DNA of 64,000 bases from an uncultured Poribacteria bacterium (GCA_958296135.2 CATQHZ020000001.1:2048001-2112000), one strand, 5' to 3'; shown: positions 1 through 9,695, counted from the stretch's first letter. Translations and numbers: made by a program. Notes: generated by a model not told the origin, from the letters alone.

Positions 1-4
1 GGAG

Positions 5-1816
5 CTATTCCCGCGTCAGCATTTCCGCGAGGGCTGGCGGCACCTGAACATCGTTTTTCTGCTCAAAGTCCGCGACGCTTTCATAATCGTTATGAAATGA
101 CGCGATGATATCCGCGCCCATGTCTCTGGCAACCGTTAGGTCTGCTTTGGCTTTGTCCCATTCGCGGAGGTGCAGCCACGCTTCGCCGCGATTGTAATAG
201 GTTTCGGCATCATCGGGATTGAGTGCTATTGCCGTGTTAAAGTCTTTGATGGCGGTGTCAAAATCGCCTTTTTTGTCGTAAGCAATGCCGCGGTTGTAAT
301 AGGCATCGGCGAGCTGGGGATTGAGTGCTATCGCCGTGGTATAGTCTTTGATGGCGGTGTCAAAATCGCCTTTTCTACCGTAAGCAATGCCGCGGTTGTA
401 ATAGGCATCGGCGAGCTGGGGATTGAGTGCTATCGCCGTGGTATAGTCTTTGATGGCGGTGTCAAAATCGCCTTTTTTGCCGTAAGCAATGCCGCGATTG
501 TTGTAGGCCTCGGCAAGCCTGGGATTAAGTTCTATCGCCGTGTTATAGTCTTTGATGGCGGTGTCAAAATCGCCTTTTTCGTGGTAAGCAGCACCACGGT
601 TGTAATAGGCCTCGGCAAGCTGGGGATTGAGTGCTATCGCCGTGTTAAAGTCTGCAATAGCCATGTCAAAATCGCCTTTTCTACCGTAAGCAGTGCCACG
701 GTTGTTATAGGCCTTGGCATCATCGGGATTGAGTGCTATTGCCGTGTTAAAGTCTCTGACGGCGGTGTCAACATCGCCTTTTCTACCGTAAGCAATGCCG
801 CGGTTGTTATAGGCCTCGGCATAATTGGGGTTGAGTTCTATTGCCTTGGTATAGTCCTGAATGGCATCGTCAAAATCGCCCTTGTTGCTATAAGCAATGC
901 CGCGGTTGTAATAGACCTCGGCATAATTGGGGTTGAGTTCTATCGCCTTGGTATAGTCTTTGATGGCGTTGTTAAATTCGTCTTTTTTGCCGTAAGCGTT
1001 ACCGCGGTTGTTATAGGCTACTACAAAATCGGGTTTGAGTTCTATCGCCTTGCTAAAGTGTCGGATGGCCTCGTCATACAAACGTTTATCATTGGCAGAA
1101 CGACCTCTGTAAAGTTCCTCGTAAGCCCTATGATGGATATCCTGTATTCTGATGAATCCATGCAGGTCGTTATAGACAGTTTTCGCAGATATGTTGTGAT
1201 ACTTCCGCAGGTAATCCGACATAGGTTCTTTGAGTTCTGCCGGAATCACAACAACATCCTTGTCTCGGTCGAATTCAACGAAGCCTCGGCAAGGGCGAAC
1301 GAATATGCTCTTTTGAGCGATAACACGATTAAGGGGATTGCTCGGTTCGCGCGGGTTTTCAACGAGATTTTTTATTTTCGCTCTTTTTTTTACGATAATT
1401 CTTCCATTCTTGCCGGAGGAACCGTCGCATGCGAAGAAGAGAGCCACGCGCGAATCGGTCGTAAAGTCGATCAAATTCGTTTTGCCACCGTAGTGTTGAA
1501 GTTCGGTGAGGGTTTCAAAATCATGGGCTGGTTCGGAGGGGATCCCTATTGCTGTGTCTGGTCTCCTCATTGGGGTTTCAAAGTCGCTGGTTGTTCCGGG
1601 GAGATGCTCTTTCGCTGCGGTTAGCATCTCCTTTTGGAAATCTTCCACATTGGATCCATCTGTCAGAATTTCTTCGTATTCGCGGTAGAGGGTTGAGGAG
1701 ACTTCCTCATAGCATTCAGGCTCGCCGCGAAAGATGTAGTCACCGCTGGCGGATTTGTCCTCTATTTCCCGGATGATGTCCCGAACCCGACTGAGTTCGT
1801 CTTGTTGTGTGTTCAT
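5..1816 (-). CDS. FRG domain protein with C-terminal TPR array (about 10 repeats)
   Basis: N-terminal YIFRGE...LQHYGGKTNLIDFTTDSRVALFFAC...RVIAQKSIF is an FRG motif set; followed by 34-aa AYNNRGxAY...AIxDYxxAIxLNP TPR repeats. Confidence 0.9.
   Translation of the reverse strand: MNTQQDELSRVRDIIREIEDKSASGDYIFRGEPECYEEVSSTLYREYEEILTDGSNVEDFQKEMLTAAKEHLPGTTSDFETPMRRPDTAIGIPSEPAHDFETLTELQHYGGKTNLIDFTTDSRVALFFACDGSSGKNGRIIVKKRAKIKNLVENPREPSNPLNRVIAQKSIFVRPCRGFVEFDRDKDVVVIPAELKEPMSDYLRKYHNISAKTVYNDLHGFIRIQDIHHRAYEELYRGRSANDKRLYDEAIRHFSKAIELKPDFVVAYNNRGNAYGKKDEFNNAIKDYTKAIELNPNYAEVYYNRGIAYSNKGDFDDAIQDYTKAIELNPNYAEAYNNRGIAYGRKGDVDTAVRDFNTAIALNPDDAKAYNNRGTAYGRKGDFDMAIADFNTAIALNPQLAEAYYNRGAAYHEKGDFDTAIKDYNTAIELNPRLAEAYNNRGIAYGKKGDFDTAIKDYTTAIALNPQLADAYYNRGIAYGRKGDFDTAIKDYTTAIALNPQLADAYYNRGIAYDKKGDFDTAIKDFNTAIALNPDDAETYYNRGEAWLHLREWDKAKADLTVARDMGADIIASFHNDYESVADFEQKNDVQVPPALAEMLTRE
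180..1060 (-). repeat. 102-bp tandem repeats encoding TPR units
   Basis: Near-identical 102-bp units, e.g. those starting at 281 and 383. Confidence 0.9.
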
Positions 1817-2088
1817 CTTCTTTCCTTGATGATAGTCAAAAATGTGCCCCTAATAGGGACGATACGAATAAACTCTCCGGAGTTGCAGCGTCTTCTTCTG
1901 CAAGTTGACTGCCTCCATCGTTGAGTTTCGGGTTTTGACGCGCGGGAAAACGGCGCGGCGTTTCTTGCCGAAGCGGTGCTGCGCCTCGGTAGGTGCGAGT
2001 GTCGCGCTTCTTGGCTGCGAACGTTCACGAACCTGTGTTAAACATAGGATACCATAAACCGCATAAAATTGCAAGGAAAAAACGGACG

Positions 2089-2769
2089 CTAGATTTCGTT
2101 TGAATCCGATACCTCCTGAAATCTATTTTCCTCTAATTTTGGCAACATGTCAAGCGTCCTTAAGGCATCGAGATACCGTTTCGCCTGCTCTCCTGCACCG
2201 GTGGGAGACATCACGCCTGACATCACGGCGATGCCAGAAGCCCCCGACTCGATGCATGCCGCAACTCGTTCTGGCGTAATCCCACCGAGTGCAAAAATGG
2301 GAATCTTTACCTGTTTCGCTAGCCGCGCAAGATTCGCTACGCCGACTGCAGGGCCGTATCCCGGCTTGCTCGCGGTAAGGTAGATGGGACTGTAAGTGAC
2401 GAAATCAGCCCCTTCGGCTTCGCGTTTTTTGGCTTCGTCAACATTGTGAATGGAACAGCCAATCTGCAAAGTTTCGCCAGCGCGTTGTAAGCGCGCTGTT
2501 GCGTGTGCAGGCAAATGAACCCCCGCAGCTCCAACTGCCCGTGCAACCTTGACATTTCGGTTGATGAAAAGCGCGGCATCGTAAGACAGGCACCGAACAG
2601 CAATCGGTTTTGCCATTTGATATAAGGCGAGCTCGTCTAAGTCTTTTTCGCGCAATTGGATAGCGCGCACGCCTGCATCTAGCAGTTCTGAGATGACATC
2701 TAATAACGGGGTTGGGGCGCAGCGGTGCCGGTCGGTGATAGCATATAGATTAAAACCGCTCATGCTCAC
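2089..2769 (-). CDS. thiE: thiamine phosphate synthase (ThiE/TenI family)
   Basis: LYAITD, IQLREKDL, GVHLP, GCSIH, SPIYLTASKPG, FALGGITP motifs; start overlaps the rsmB stop. Confidence 0.8.
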   Translation of the reverse strand: MSMSGFNLYAITDRHRCAPTPLLDVISELLDAGVRAIQLREKDLDELALYQMAKPIAVRCLSYDAALFINRNVKVARAVGAAGVHLPAHATARLQRAGETLQIGCSIHNVDEAKKREAEGADFVTYSPIYLTASKPGYGPAVGVANLARLAKQVKIPIFALGGITPERVAACIESGASGIAVMSGVMSPTGAGEQAKRYLDALRTLDMLPKLEENRFQEVSDSNEI

Positions 2770-4220
2770 GTAGTTTTGCGGCGGAGGCGCGCTGCGAACG
2801 CGCCATCAACGCCGTGTTCATGCGGGAAGGTCTGGACGAAGCCTTCAGGCGTTAGCGCGCTCGGTGGAAGGTGAGGTAAAAACGGCCGTGCGTGCTCCAC
2901 GGTATACATCGGAAACGCCGCTAGAAACCGACGGATAATCTCTTCGTTCTCCTGCGGTTCTACGCTACAAGTGCTATAGACAAGCACGCCGCCGCGTTTA
3001 ATATGCGGTGCGGCGTTCCGCAGCAGATTGAACTGCAATTCGCAGAGCGCGCTGAGTTGCGCAGCAGTCCTATTCCATCGGATATCTGGGTGCCGCCGCA
3101 GCGTGCCAAACCCCGAACAGGGCGCATCGATAAGCACGGCATCGGCATTTGTGATAAACCCGAGCTCTGCCTTCGTGGCATCGAGCACCTGTGTTTCAAC
3201 GTTGAGCGCGCCGATGCGTCGACAGTTGTTTTTTAAGCGCGCGAGCCGCTGCTCGGAGATATCCGCGGCAATGATTTTGCCTGAGTTGCCCATTAGGTGC
3301 GCGAGATGCGTCGTTTTGCCGCCAGGTGCTGCACACAAATCAACGACGAGCTGCATCTCTGCCGGCGCGAGCAGCGGCGCGACGAGCATCGCACTCTCGT
3401 CTTGCACATAGATATCGTCGCGATTCAGTACCGACTTTAAGGTTCTTTCGCCCTCTGGCGCGTTGTCCCGCTCGGCAGTATCAAACGTGGTGGGTTCGCG
3501 GTTGACGAATACCAATCCATCGGGCGCGAGCGTGGAGACTTGTGTGGATATCCCACTTGCCTTGAGGGATTCGCGGAGCTCCTTCACTTGTGTGAGGAGG
3601 CAATTCATCCGAAAGGCGAGGGGTGCTGTGTGGTTACTGGCGCGGCAGAACGCGAGCGTCCACGAAACCCCGCGCGTCTCAAGCCACTGTTTCACTAGCC
3701 ACGTCGGATAAGACTGGGAGAGGGAAATGTGTTCAACCGGATTCTCGCCGAGCGGCGGATAGGTTAACGCGTGTCCCTCGCGTTGCACGGAGCGCAAAAC
3801 GCCGTTGATGAACCCCGCTGTTTTGCTGCCGCTCTTCGCCTGGAACCCACGCCTACCGGTGCGAGCTCTCCTTTTGTAGCCGGAACCTCCCGAGCCCAAT
3901 GCCCGTTTTGCCAATTGGACAGTCTCAAAAATCGCCGCGTGCGCGGGAATGCCGTCCAAGTGCAATAACTGAAACGCGCCGAGGCGGAGGATGTGACGGT
4001 GACGCATATCCACCTGAAACCGGGGATTGATGAAGTGATTCAGCACCCAATCGAGCTGCTTCTGCCATCGGACAACACCATAGACGAGCCCGTTTACCAA
4101 TCGCCGGTCGCGGCCGCTGATAGCGTGTTTTTGGAACGCGCTGTCAACGACAACAGACACCGATGCACGGGTTTGCGAGATAGACAGCAGGCACTCTAGT
4201 GCAACTTCGCGAACGCTCAT
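2766..4220 (-). CDS. rsmB: 16S rRNA m5C967 methyltransferase RsmB/Sun
   Basis: NusB-like N-terminus, VQDESAM, DLCAAPGGKT, DAPCSGFGTLRRHPD, YSTCS; start taken at MSVREVAL. Confidence 0.92.
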   Translation of the reverse strand: MSVREVALECLLSISQTRASVSVVVDSAFQKHAISGRDRRLVNGLVYGVVRWQKQLDWVLNHFINPRFQVDMRHRHILRLGAFQLLHLDGIPAHAAIFETVQLAKRALGSGGSGYKRRARTGRRGFQAKSGSKTAGFINGVLRSVQREGHALTYPPLGENPVEHISLSQSYPTWLVKQWLETRGVSWTLAFCRASNHTAPLAFRMNCLLTQVKELRESLKASGISTQVSTLAPDGLVFVNREPTTFDTAERDNAPEGERTLKSVLNRDDIYVQDESAMLVAPLLAPAEMQLVVDLCAAPGGKTTHLAHLMGNSGKIIAADISEQRLARLKNNCRRIGALNVETQVLDATKAELGFITNADAVLIDAPCSGFGTLRRHPDIRWNRTAAQLSALCELQFNLLRNAAPHIKRGGVLVYSTCSVEPQENEEIIRRFLAAFPMYTVEHARPFLPHLPPSALTPEGFVQTFPHEHGVDGAFAARLRRKTT

Positions 4221-4303
4221 GTCAAATTTTTCCTTCAGGCGGATGTCTCTATACGGCCGGACAAATAGAGCCCCCGGTCGGATACGGAGACCCGCCTGTC
4301 CGA

Positions 4304-4576
4304 TTACGCTTCCTGCGCGATAAGCGCGTTCAGTTTGCGGTTGAGGCGCGACTTTTGGCGGTTCGCCGTGCCTTTTTTGATGACACCCTTGCCAGCCGCC
4401 CGGTCGAGCAGACTCGCCGAAGAGCGGCACAATCCCTGCGCGGCTTCAACGTTGCCAGAGGCGAGGGCTTCCTCGGTTTGTCTGAGCTGCGTGCGCAGCG
4501 TCGCTTTACGGTGTCGGTTTCTCACACGTTTGGTTTCATCCGCACGTGCATGCTTCATTGCTGATTTTCGATGCAC
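4304..4576 (-). CDS. rpsT: 30S ribosomal protein S20
   Basis: KSAMK...RNRHRKATLRT...LDRAAGKGVIKKGTANRQKSRL; GTG start with AAGGAG RBS upstream. Confidence 0.93.
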   Translation of the reverse strand: MHRKSAMKHARADETKRVRNRHRKATLRTQLRQTEEALASGNVEAAQGLCRSSASLLDRAAGKGVIKKGTANRQKSRLNRKLNALIAQEA

Positions 4577-4623
4577 AAGTAAAACTCCTTTTTTCATCTA
4601 AAGTTGGCAATCTTGCCTATATA

Positions 4624-4652
4624 ATAATACCACAAAATCGCTGGTTTGTCAA
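4624..4652 (-). promoter_or_regulatory. sigma70-type promoter for rpsT
   Basis: TTGACA-N17-TATTAT with extended -10 TG on the minus strand. Confidence 0.7.
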
Positions 4653-4765
4653 CTTTTTTTATTTTTTGTATTTCGCAATGCGTTCGGTAAGCAGGTCTGG
4701 TGCAAGAGACGGTATCTTGCCAGAGCGCAGTGACGTTGTCACTCTTTGCATTCCAGGCAACACCC

Positions 4766-5626
4766 CTACAACATCTCCCTCGTCAATGTATACACATGCC
4801 GCAGCCACGAGGCATAATAGAGCCCGTTCGCATAACAGAAATAGAGCACCTTCAGGCAGAGGATGACGATGATACAGGCTGCCAACGCCGAGAGCAAACC
4901 TATGTCCAACAACCGCATTCCTGTCAACACTGTTTGGAAATGCGCAGCCCCTTCGGCATCCGGTGAAAATCCGCGGCTCTCAACCGATTCGCCGAGCTGC
5001 GTCGCATGGCGGATGTTACCTGCCAAAATCGGACGAAAACTGTTAAGGCCCCCGCGCACAGTGGCGAACAGATTCACCCGTAGATAACGGAATCCGCGTA
5101 ATCTCTGTGAGCGGAGGACTGTCGCAGCCTCGTTCGCAATCACGGGTATGAAATGAAGCGCGGTTGTTACCATGAAGGCGAGTGTGCCTGGCACTCGCAG
5201 TCGCACCAAGGCGCGCAGCAAGTCGCGGGGTTGCGTCGTCCAGATAATGAAACAGCCGATAGTAAGCGTCGTGTTGAAACGGAGGGACTGGACAATACCG
5301 TGGAATAATCCTTCGCGGTAGACGCGGATGCCGCCTGTCATTTCGCCGATGAACGGAAATTCGGGGGGAACAAGTGTCAGCAGCACCGTGCGCGGCGATG
5401 CGTTGTAGAAAATCGCCTGACTGTAAATTAACCCCCACGTCGTAAAGAAGAGGAAGACGAGCAGCAAGCGGATTTGTCGGAGCGTCGGCTTCAACACAGC
5501 ACCGAACGTCAGACTGGCAAGGAAGCAGACGAGCAGCGCGCTTGGACTATCCAGCAGAATGACGAGACATCCGCTCATCAGCATCATGAGGATTTTGGCA
5601 CGAGGGGTTAGGTGAATCTGTTGCAT
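4766..5626 (-). CDS. ECF transporter transmembrane T component (CbiQ/EcfT)
   Basis: Hydrophobic protein; WTTQPRDLLRAL, FIPVIANEA, SQRLRG and ESRGF (XRX motifs). Confidence 0.88.
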   Translation of the reverse strand: MQQIHLTPRAKILMMLMSGCLVILLDSPSALLVCFLASLTFGAVLKPTLRQIRLLLVFLFFTTWGLIYSQAIFYNASPRTVLLTLVPPEFPFIGEMTGGIRVYREGLFHGIVQSLRFNTTLTIGCFIIWTTQPRDLLRALVRLRVPGTLAFMVTTALHFIPVIANEAATVLRSQRLRGFRYLRVNLFATVRGGLNSFRPILAGNIRHATQLGESVESRGFSPDAEGAAHFQTVLTGMRLLDIGLLSALAACIIVILCLKVLYFCYANGLYYASWLRHVYTLTREML

Positions 5627-5674
5627 AGGTGCGTCTTCTTCCAAACTTGTTCGGGTGGATATAGAAATCCACCC

Positions 5675-7243
5675 TTACATGAGCGAGATTTGTCGCAGAA
5701 ACTCGGTGTCGGGAGGCCCGTCAAAAATCAGTTCGCCTTCCCGAAGTAGCAGCACCCGGTCGGCGTATGTCAGCGTGAGTTGCGCATCGTGCGTGGCGAA
5801 GATGAGACTTCTGTTTTCTCGCTTGATTTCCACGCACAATTCGCGCATCAACTGATGCAGATGCTGCGCGTCCTGCCCGGTTGTCGGTTCGTCAAGCAGA
5901 AAGAGTTCGGGGTAAAGTGAGAAGTTTGCCGCGACAGCGACGCGCTGTCGTTGCCCGCGTGAAAGCGAATAAGGTGCCTCTGAGGCAAGTCCCCCCAGGT
6001 CAAATCGCGAGAGGGTATCGGCTACTCGGTTTTGGAGGAGTTTCGGGGCTACCTTGAGATTTTTCGGGCCAAAAGCCACCTCATCGGCAACAGTTTCGGC
6101 TTGCAATAGCAAATCTGGATTCTGGAAGACGATGCCCACTTTTCCGGCGAGTTGGTGGGGTTTGGGACGCTTCTTTCGGGTTACGTTTCTATCTCCAATG
6201 CGGAGCTCGCCATCTGTCAGGCGAAGCAGGCCCGCCATGAGATGAATTAAGGTTGTTTTTCCGGAGCCGTTCGCGCCCATGACAGCTACCACTTCGCCAC
6301 GGCAGACCTCGTAGGAAATCGGCTTCAACGCAGGAGCATCGGTGTTTGGATAACGGAAACTGACGTTGCAGACGCTGAGCAATCGGGACCGGGAAGATGC
6401 GTCTGCGCGTCGATACCGGGACACCTCGCCTGCAGAAGAGCGACATCGGGACCGGGAGATTGCTGCTACGTTTCGATAGCGGGCGGACTCTCCCACTGGG
6501 ATTTCAGGGACTTGCACCCCTAAACGGTGATAGGGCCCTGAATCGGAGAATGCCTCATCCTTCGGTTTATCCAAGCAGAGCTCACCCTCAGCCATGAGCC
6601 AGACCCGGGTGCATAACGGCGCAACCTCGGCGGTTCGGTGCGTCGCTAAAATCGTTGTAACTCCCAAATCGGTATTCAGTCGTTTGACGATGCTGAGGAT
6701 GTCCTTGGTCCCGCGAAAATCGAGGTGGCTTGTCGGTTCATCAAGGAGGAGCACCTTCGGTTGCATCGCGCAGAAGCAGGCAAGCGCGACGCGCTGTTTT
6801 TCGCCGCCGGAGAGTTCTGAAATCCGCCGTTCTCGGAAGCCTTGCAACCCGACTTGTGCGAGTGCCGCGTCAATGCACGGCGCAACCTGTTCAGGTGGGA
6901 AGCCGAAGTTTTCTAGTCCAAACGCGATTTCGTCTTCAACGCGCGCGCAAAAGAGTTGTTCGTCAGGATTTTGGAATAAAAGTCCCACCTGCCTACACGT
7001 TACTGCGAGCGGCTGCGCCGCCACATTTTTCCCGCTGAGAAGAACGCTGCCACTGAGCGTTCCTGCTGAGGAATGTGGGATTAAGCCGTTCATCGTGCGC
7101 AGCAACGTGGATTTACCGCAGCCTGTCGGGCCGGTGAGCAACACGAAATCGCCGGATGCAACGGTGGCACTGATGCCACGGAGCGTCGGTGTCTCACGAC
7201 TCGGATAGGTAAAACGGAGATTCTCTATCTCAATAGGCAGCAT
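5675..7243 (-). CDS. ECF transporter fused dual ATPase (A-A')
   Basis: Two ABC domains (GPTGCGKST, GANGSGKTT), FQNPDEQ/FQNPDL, LSGGEKQR/LSRGQRQR, LLDEPT. Confidence 0.92.
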   Translation of the reverse strand: MLPIEIENLRFTYPSRETPTLRGISATVASGDFVLLTGPTGCGKSTLLRTMNGLIPHSSAGTLSGSVLLSGKNVAAQPLAVTCRQVGLLFQNPDEQLFCARVEDEIAFGLENFGFPPEQVAPCIDAALAQVGLQGFRERRISELSGGEKQRVALACFCAMQPKVLLLDEPTSHLDFRGTKDILSIVKRLNTDLGVTTILATHRTAEVAPLCTRVWLMAEGELCLDKPKDEAFSDSGPYHRLGVQVPEIPVGESARYRNVAAISRSRCRSSAGEVSRYRRADASSRSRLLSVCNVSFRYPNTDAPALKPISYEVCRGEVVAVMGANGSGKTTLIHLMAGLLRLTDGELRIGDRNVTRKKRPKPHQLAGKVGIVFQNPDLLLQAETVADEVAFGPKNLKVAPKLLQNRVADTLSRFDLGGLASEAPYSLSRGQRQRVAVAANFSLYPELFLLDEPTTGQDAQHLHQLMRELCVEIKRENRSLIFATHDAQLTLTYADRVLLLREGELIFDGPPDTEFLRQISLM

Positions 7244-7272
7244 AAAGCTCCCCAACAGACTCAAGAGGCATG

Positions 7273-7458
7273 TTATGGCACCGGAATCTCCAAATCTCTA
7301 CAGAGTTTCCTCACTAGAAATTTGTTTAATTCCCGGTGGCGTGGCACGGGAGCACTCTTCCGGATTCCTCGATTAACGTAGATAGTATGATTGCCTCCCT
7401 CGCGGAGGAACTCACAACCCTTCTTTTCAAGGTGCCGGATCAACTCACGTCTTTTCAT
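7273..7458 (-). CDS. hicA: HicA family toxin
   Basis: MKRRELIRHLEKKGCEFLREGGNHTIY...VPRH; ATG overlaps the end of hicB. Confidence 0.88.
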   Translation of the reverse strand: MKRRELIRHLEKKGCEFLREGGNHTIYVNRGIRKSAPVPRHRELNKFLVRKLCRDLEIPVP

Positions 7459-7672
7459 GACAGACAGAGATAGGTTCGCGAATAACCTCTTGCATCTCTG
7501 CGATGTATTCTTCGGCAAGCGTCCGGTTCGCCTCAAGCGTTAACGCAATTGCCTCGTGAAGATTCGCACGCGCTTCCTCAAGCGTTCTTCCTTGCGTATT
7601 CGCGCCCGGCAATTCTTCGACAAACCCGACGTACCCTTCGGGAACTTTCTTAAAAACAGCGTTGAATTGCAT
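7445..7672 (-). CDS. hicB: HicB family antitoxin (short form)
   Basis: GYVGFVEELPGANTQGRTLEEARANLHEAI. Confidence 0.88.
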   Translation of the reverse strand: MQFNAVFKKVPEGYVGFVEELPGANTQGRTLEEARANLHEAIALTLEANRTLAEEYIAEMQEVIREPISVCHEKT

Positions 7673-7709
7673 CGAAAGTCTCCTCATACGGGGTTTCATC
7701 TCCGCCTGC

Positions 7710-9695
7710 TTACGACTGCAGCTCTTCAATTTGCACGGGGACGCACCCGAAAAGTTGTTCTAAATGCCGCGTGATGGACTCCTGAAAAGCGTCAAACGTC
7801 TCTTGGACGTTCTGCTTGAAGTCGTCGTGCAGTTGTTCGTGCTGTGCGCGGACGCGGGCGAATAGGTTCTGCACGTAAGCCTGCACTTCACCGAGCCTGT
7901 CGCTCTGCGCCTTCGCGAAGCCGGAAACCGTAGCCTTGAACGCGCTGAACTCCGCCTCCAAGTATTCCTGGAACACCGATGTCTGGAATCCGGCGAGTGC
8001 GTCATGCGCCGCGTATCGGAAGTCCTCATGAATCGTCTCGTACTCCGCTTTGACGCGGGTAAAGAGTTGCTGCGCGTATTGATTCACTTCGCCCATCCAT
8101 TCGTCTTGCGTCTTGGCGAATTGCGCGATGTGCGCCTTGAACGCGTCCATTTCGCTGGCGAGGAGGTTCCGGAAATCCTCAACAGCGACGGTGTGGCGCG
8201 TCATTTTCTCCAGATGGTAGCCCATGACAGCAAACCGCACTGCCTCCGGTAACATCGCACGATGGTCTTTCAGCACCTTCGCGAGGTACCGGACATAAGA
8301 GGGCCCCTGTTTCGAGAAAAGTTGCCGTTGGATGGAGCGGAAAAATCCGATGAGCTCCATTTTACCGACACTTCTGACACTATGCCCGGTCGGACGCATG
8401 TGCTTTAAGAGCGTGAGGCACCGGTCGAAATAGTTTTTCAGCGTCGGATCATAGAGCGTCGAGATAACCCGGCCGTATTCGGAGATGAGTTTCTCGCGCG
8501 GCATCTCTGGGACGAAATTCAGCGTCATGTCGGTGTTATTGCCGCTGGATTCCACGAGGAGCCGGTCCTCCTGTTTTAGGCGGTGCCAGAGGTCTGTCTC
8601 TTTCAACGCTGTCAGCAGGCCCGCCATCGCCATGGGGATGCCAGCTTCTTGAATGAAGTCAATGTGCGAGTCAAACTCCGTGTCGCCATCAAGGCCGATG
8701 ATGAACCCGCCGGTGACTTCCATGCCCTTGCTCTGAATTTTGCGCACGGCGCGGAGCAGGTAGCTGCCGGCATCCTCATCCTTGCTGGTGTTCTGTCCCT
8801 TGGAAGTGCTGAGGAGCGCGGCATCGTTCGGGCTCTCAATGCCGAGGAATACCATGTTAAACCCGGCATCGCTCATTGCGTCAAGCATCTCCGGGATTTC
8901 AACGAGGTTGACGCTCGCCTCGGTATAGAGCGAGAAGGGGAAGTTCCGTTTCTCCTGCCATTCGGTGACAGCAGGCAGCAAGCGCATGGCATCGCGCTTG
9001 TTGCCGATGAAGTTATCATCAACGACAAACATCGCGCCTTTCCAACCGAGTTGGTAAAGCAGCTCAAATTCCGAGAGCATCTGCTCGTTCGTCTTGGTGC
9101 GTGGCACGCGGCCGAACAACTTCGTGATGTCGCAGAATTCGCAGTTAAACGGGCATCCGCGCGAAAATTGGAGTGCCATCGAGCCGTAAGCACTGATATC
9201 AATCAGATCATAGCGTGGCATCGCTGCCAAGGTAATCGACGGTTTGCGCGCCTCGCGGTAGACATCCTTCGCGGTGCCGCTCTCAAAATCTGTTAAGAAC
9301 CCTTCAAACGTCTCTTCAACTTCGCCGAAGAGAAAATGGTCTACGGTGCCATCGCATTCTTCTCGGATGTTGTCATAGTAAGAAGTCGGGTGCGGTCCGC
9401 CCGCGACGACAGGCACGCCCGCGCGGTTACATCGCTGCACCACCTGATAAAACGATTCTTTCTGGACAATCATCGTTGAGGTGAGGACGACATCTGCCCA
9501 CTCCAGATGCGCCGCAGTCAGCGGTTCTATGTTCATATCAACGGCTTTCAGCCGATAATTCTTGGGGAACATCCCAGCAATCGTCAAGAGGCCGAGGGGC
9601 GGCATCGATGATTTTTTCCCGACGAAGTCTAAGGCGTATTTAAAACCCCAAAACGAGGGCGGAAACTCCGGATAAACAAATAAGGCATTTGGCAT
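7710..9695 (-). CDS. B12-binding radical SAM protein (DUF4070 type) with helical C-terminal extension
   Basis: PPLGLLT, GGPHPT, FSRGCPFNCEFCDI (CxxxCxxC), VDDNFIGN, GGFIIGLD. Confidence 0.9.
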   Translation of the reverse strand: MPNALFVYPEFPPSFWGFKYALDFVGKKSSMPPLGLLTIAGMFPKNYRLKAVDMNIEPLTAAHLEWADVVLTSTMIVQKESFYQVVQRCNRAGVPVVAGGPHPTSYYDNIREECDGTVDHFLFGEVEETFEGFLTDFESGTAKDVYREARKPSITLAAMPRYDLIDISAYGSMALQFSRGCPFNCEFCDITKLFGRVPRTKTNEQMLSEFELLYQLGWKGAMFVVDDNFIGNKRDAMRLLPAVTEWQEKRNFPFSLYTEASVNLVEIPEMLDAMSDAGFNMVFLGIESPNDAALLSTSKGQNTSKDEDAGSYLLRAVRKIQSKGMEVTGGFIIGLDGDTEFDSHIDFIQEAGIPMAMAGLLTALKETDLWHRLKQEDRLLVESSGNNTDMTLNFVPEMPREKLISEYGRVISTLYDPTLKNYFDRCLTLLKHMRPTGHSVRSVGKMELIGFFRSIQRQLFSKQGPSYVRYLAKVLKDHRAMLPEAVRFAVMGYHLEKMTRHTVAVEDFRNLLASEMDAFKAHIAQFAKTQDEWMGEVNQYAQQLFTRVKAEYETIHEDFRYAAHDALAGFQTSVFQEYLEAEFSAFKATVSGFAKAQSDRLGEVQAYVQNLFARVRAQHEQLHDDFKQNVQETFDAFQESITRHLEQLFGCVPVQIEELQS

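Noticed and set aside
170-1624. 484-aa plus-strand ORF
   Set aside because: Antisense shadow of the repetitive FRG-TPR gene with no independent motifs
1813-2074. Short minus-strand ORFs upstream of FRG-TPR
   Set aside because: No recognisable homology or RBS; cannot be supported
4221-4430. Extended rsmB N-terminus in the ORF track
   Set aside because: Overlaps rpsT and REP-like sequence; homology begins at MSVREVAL
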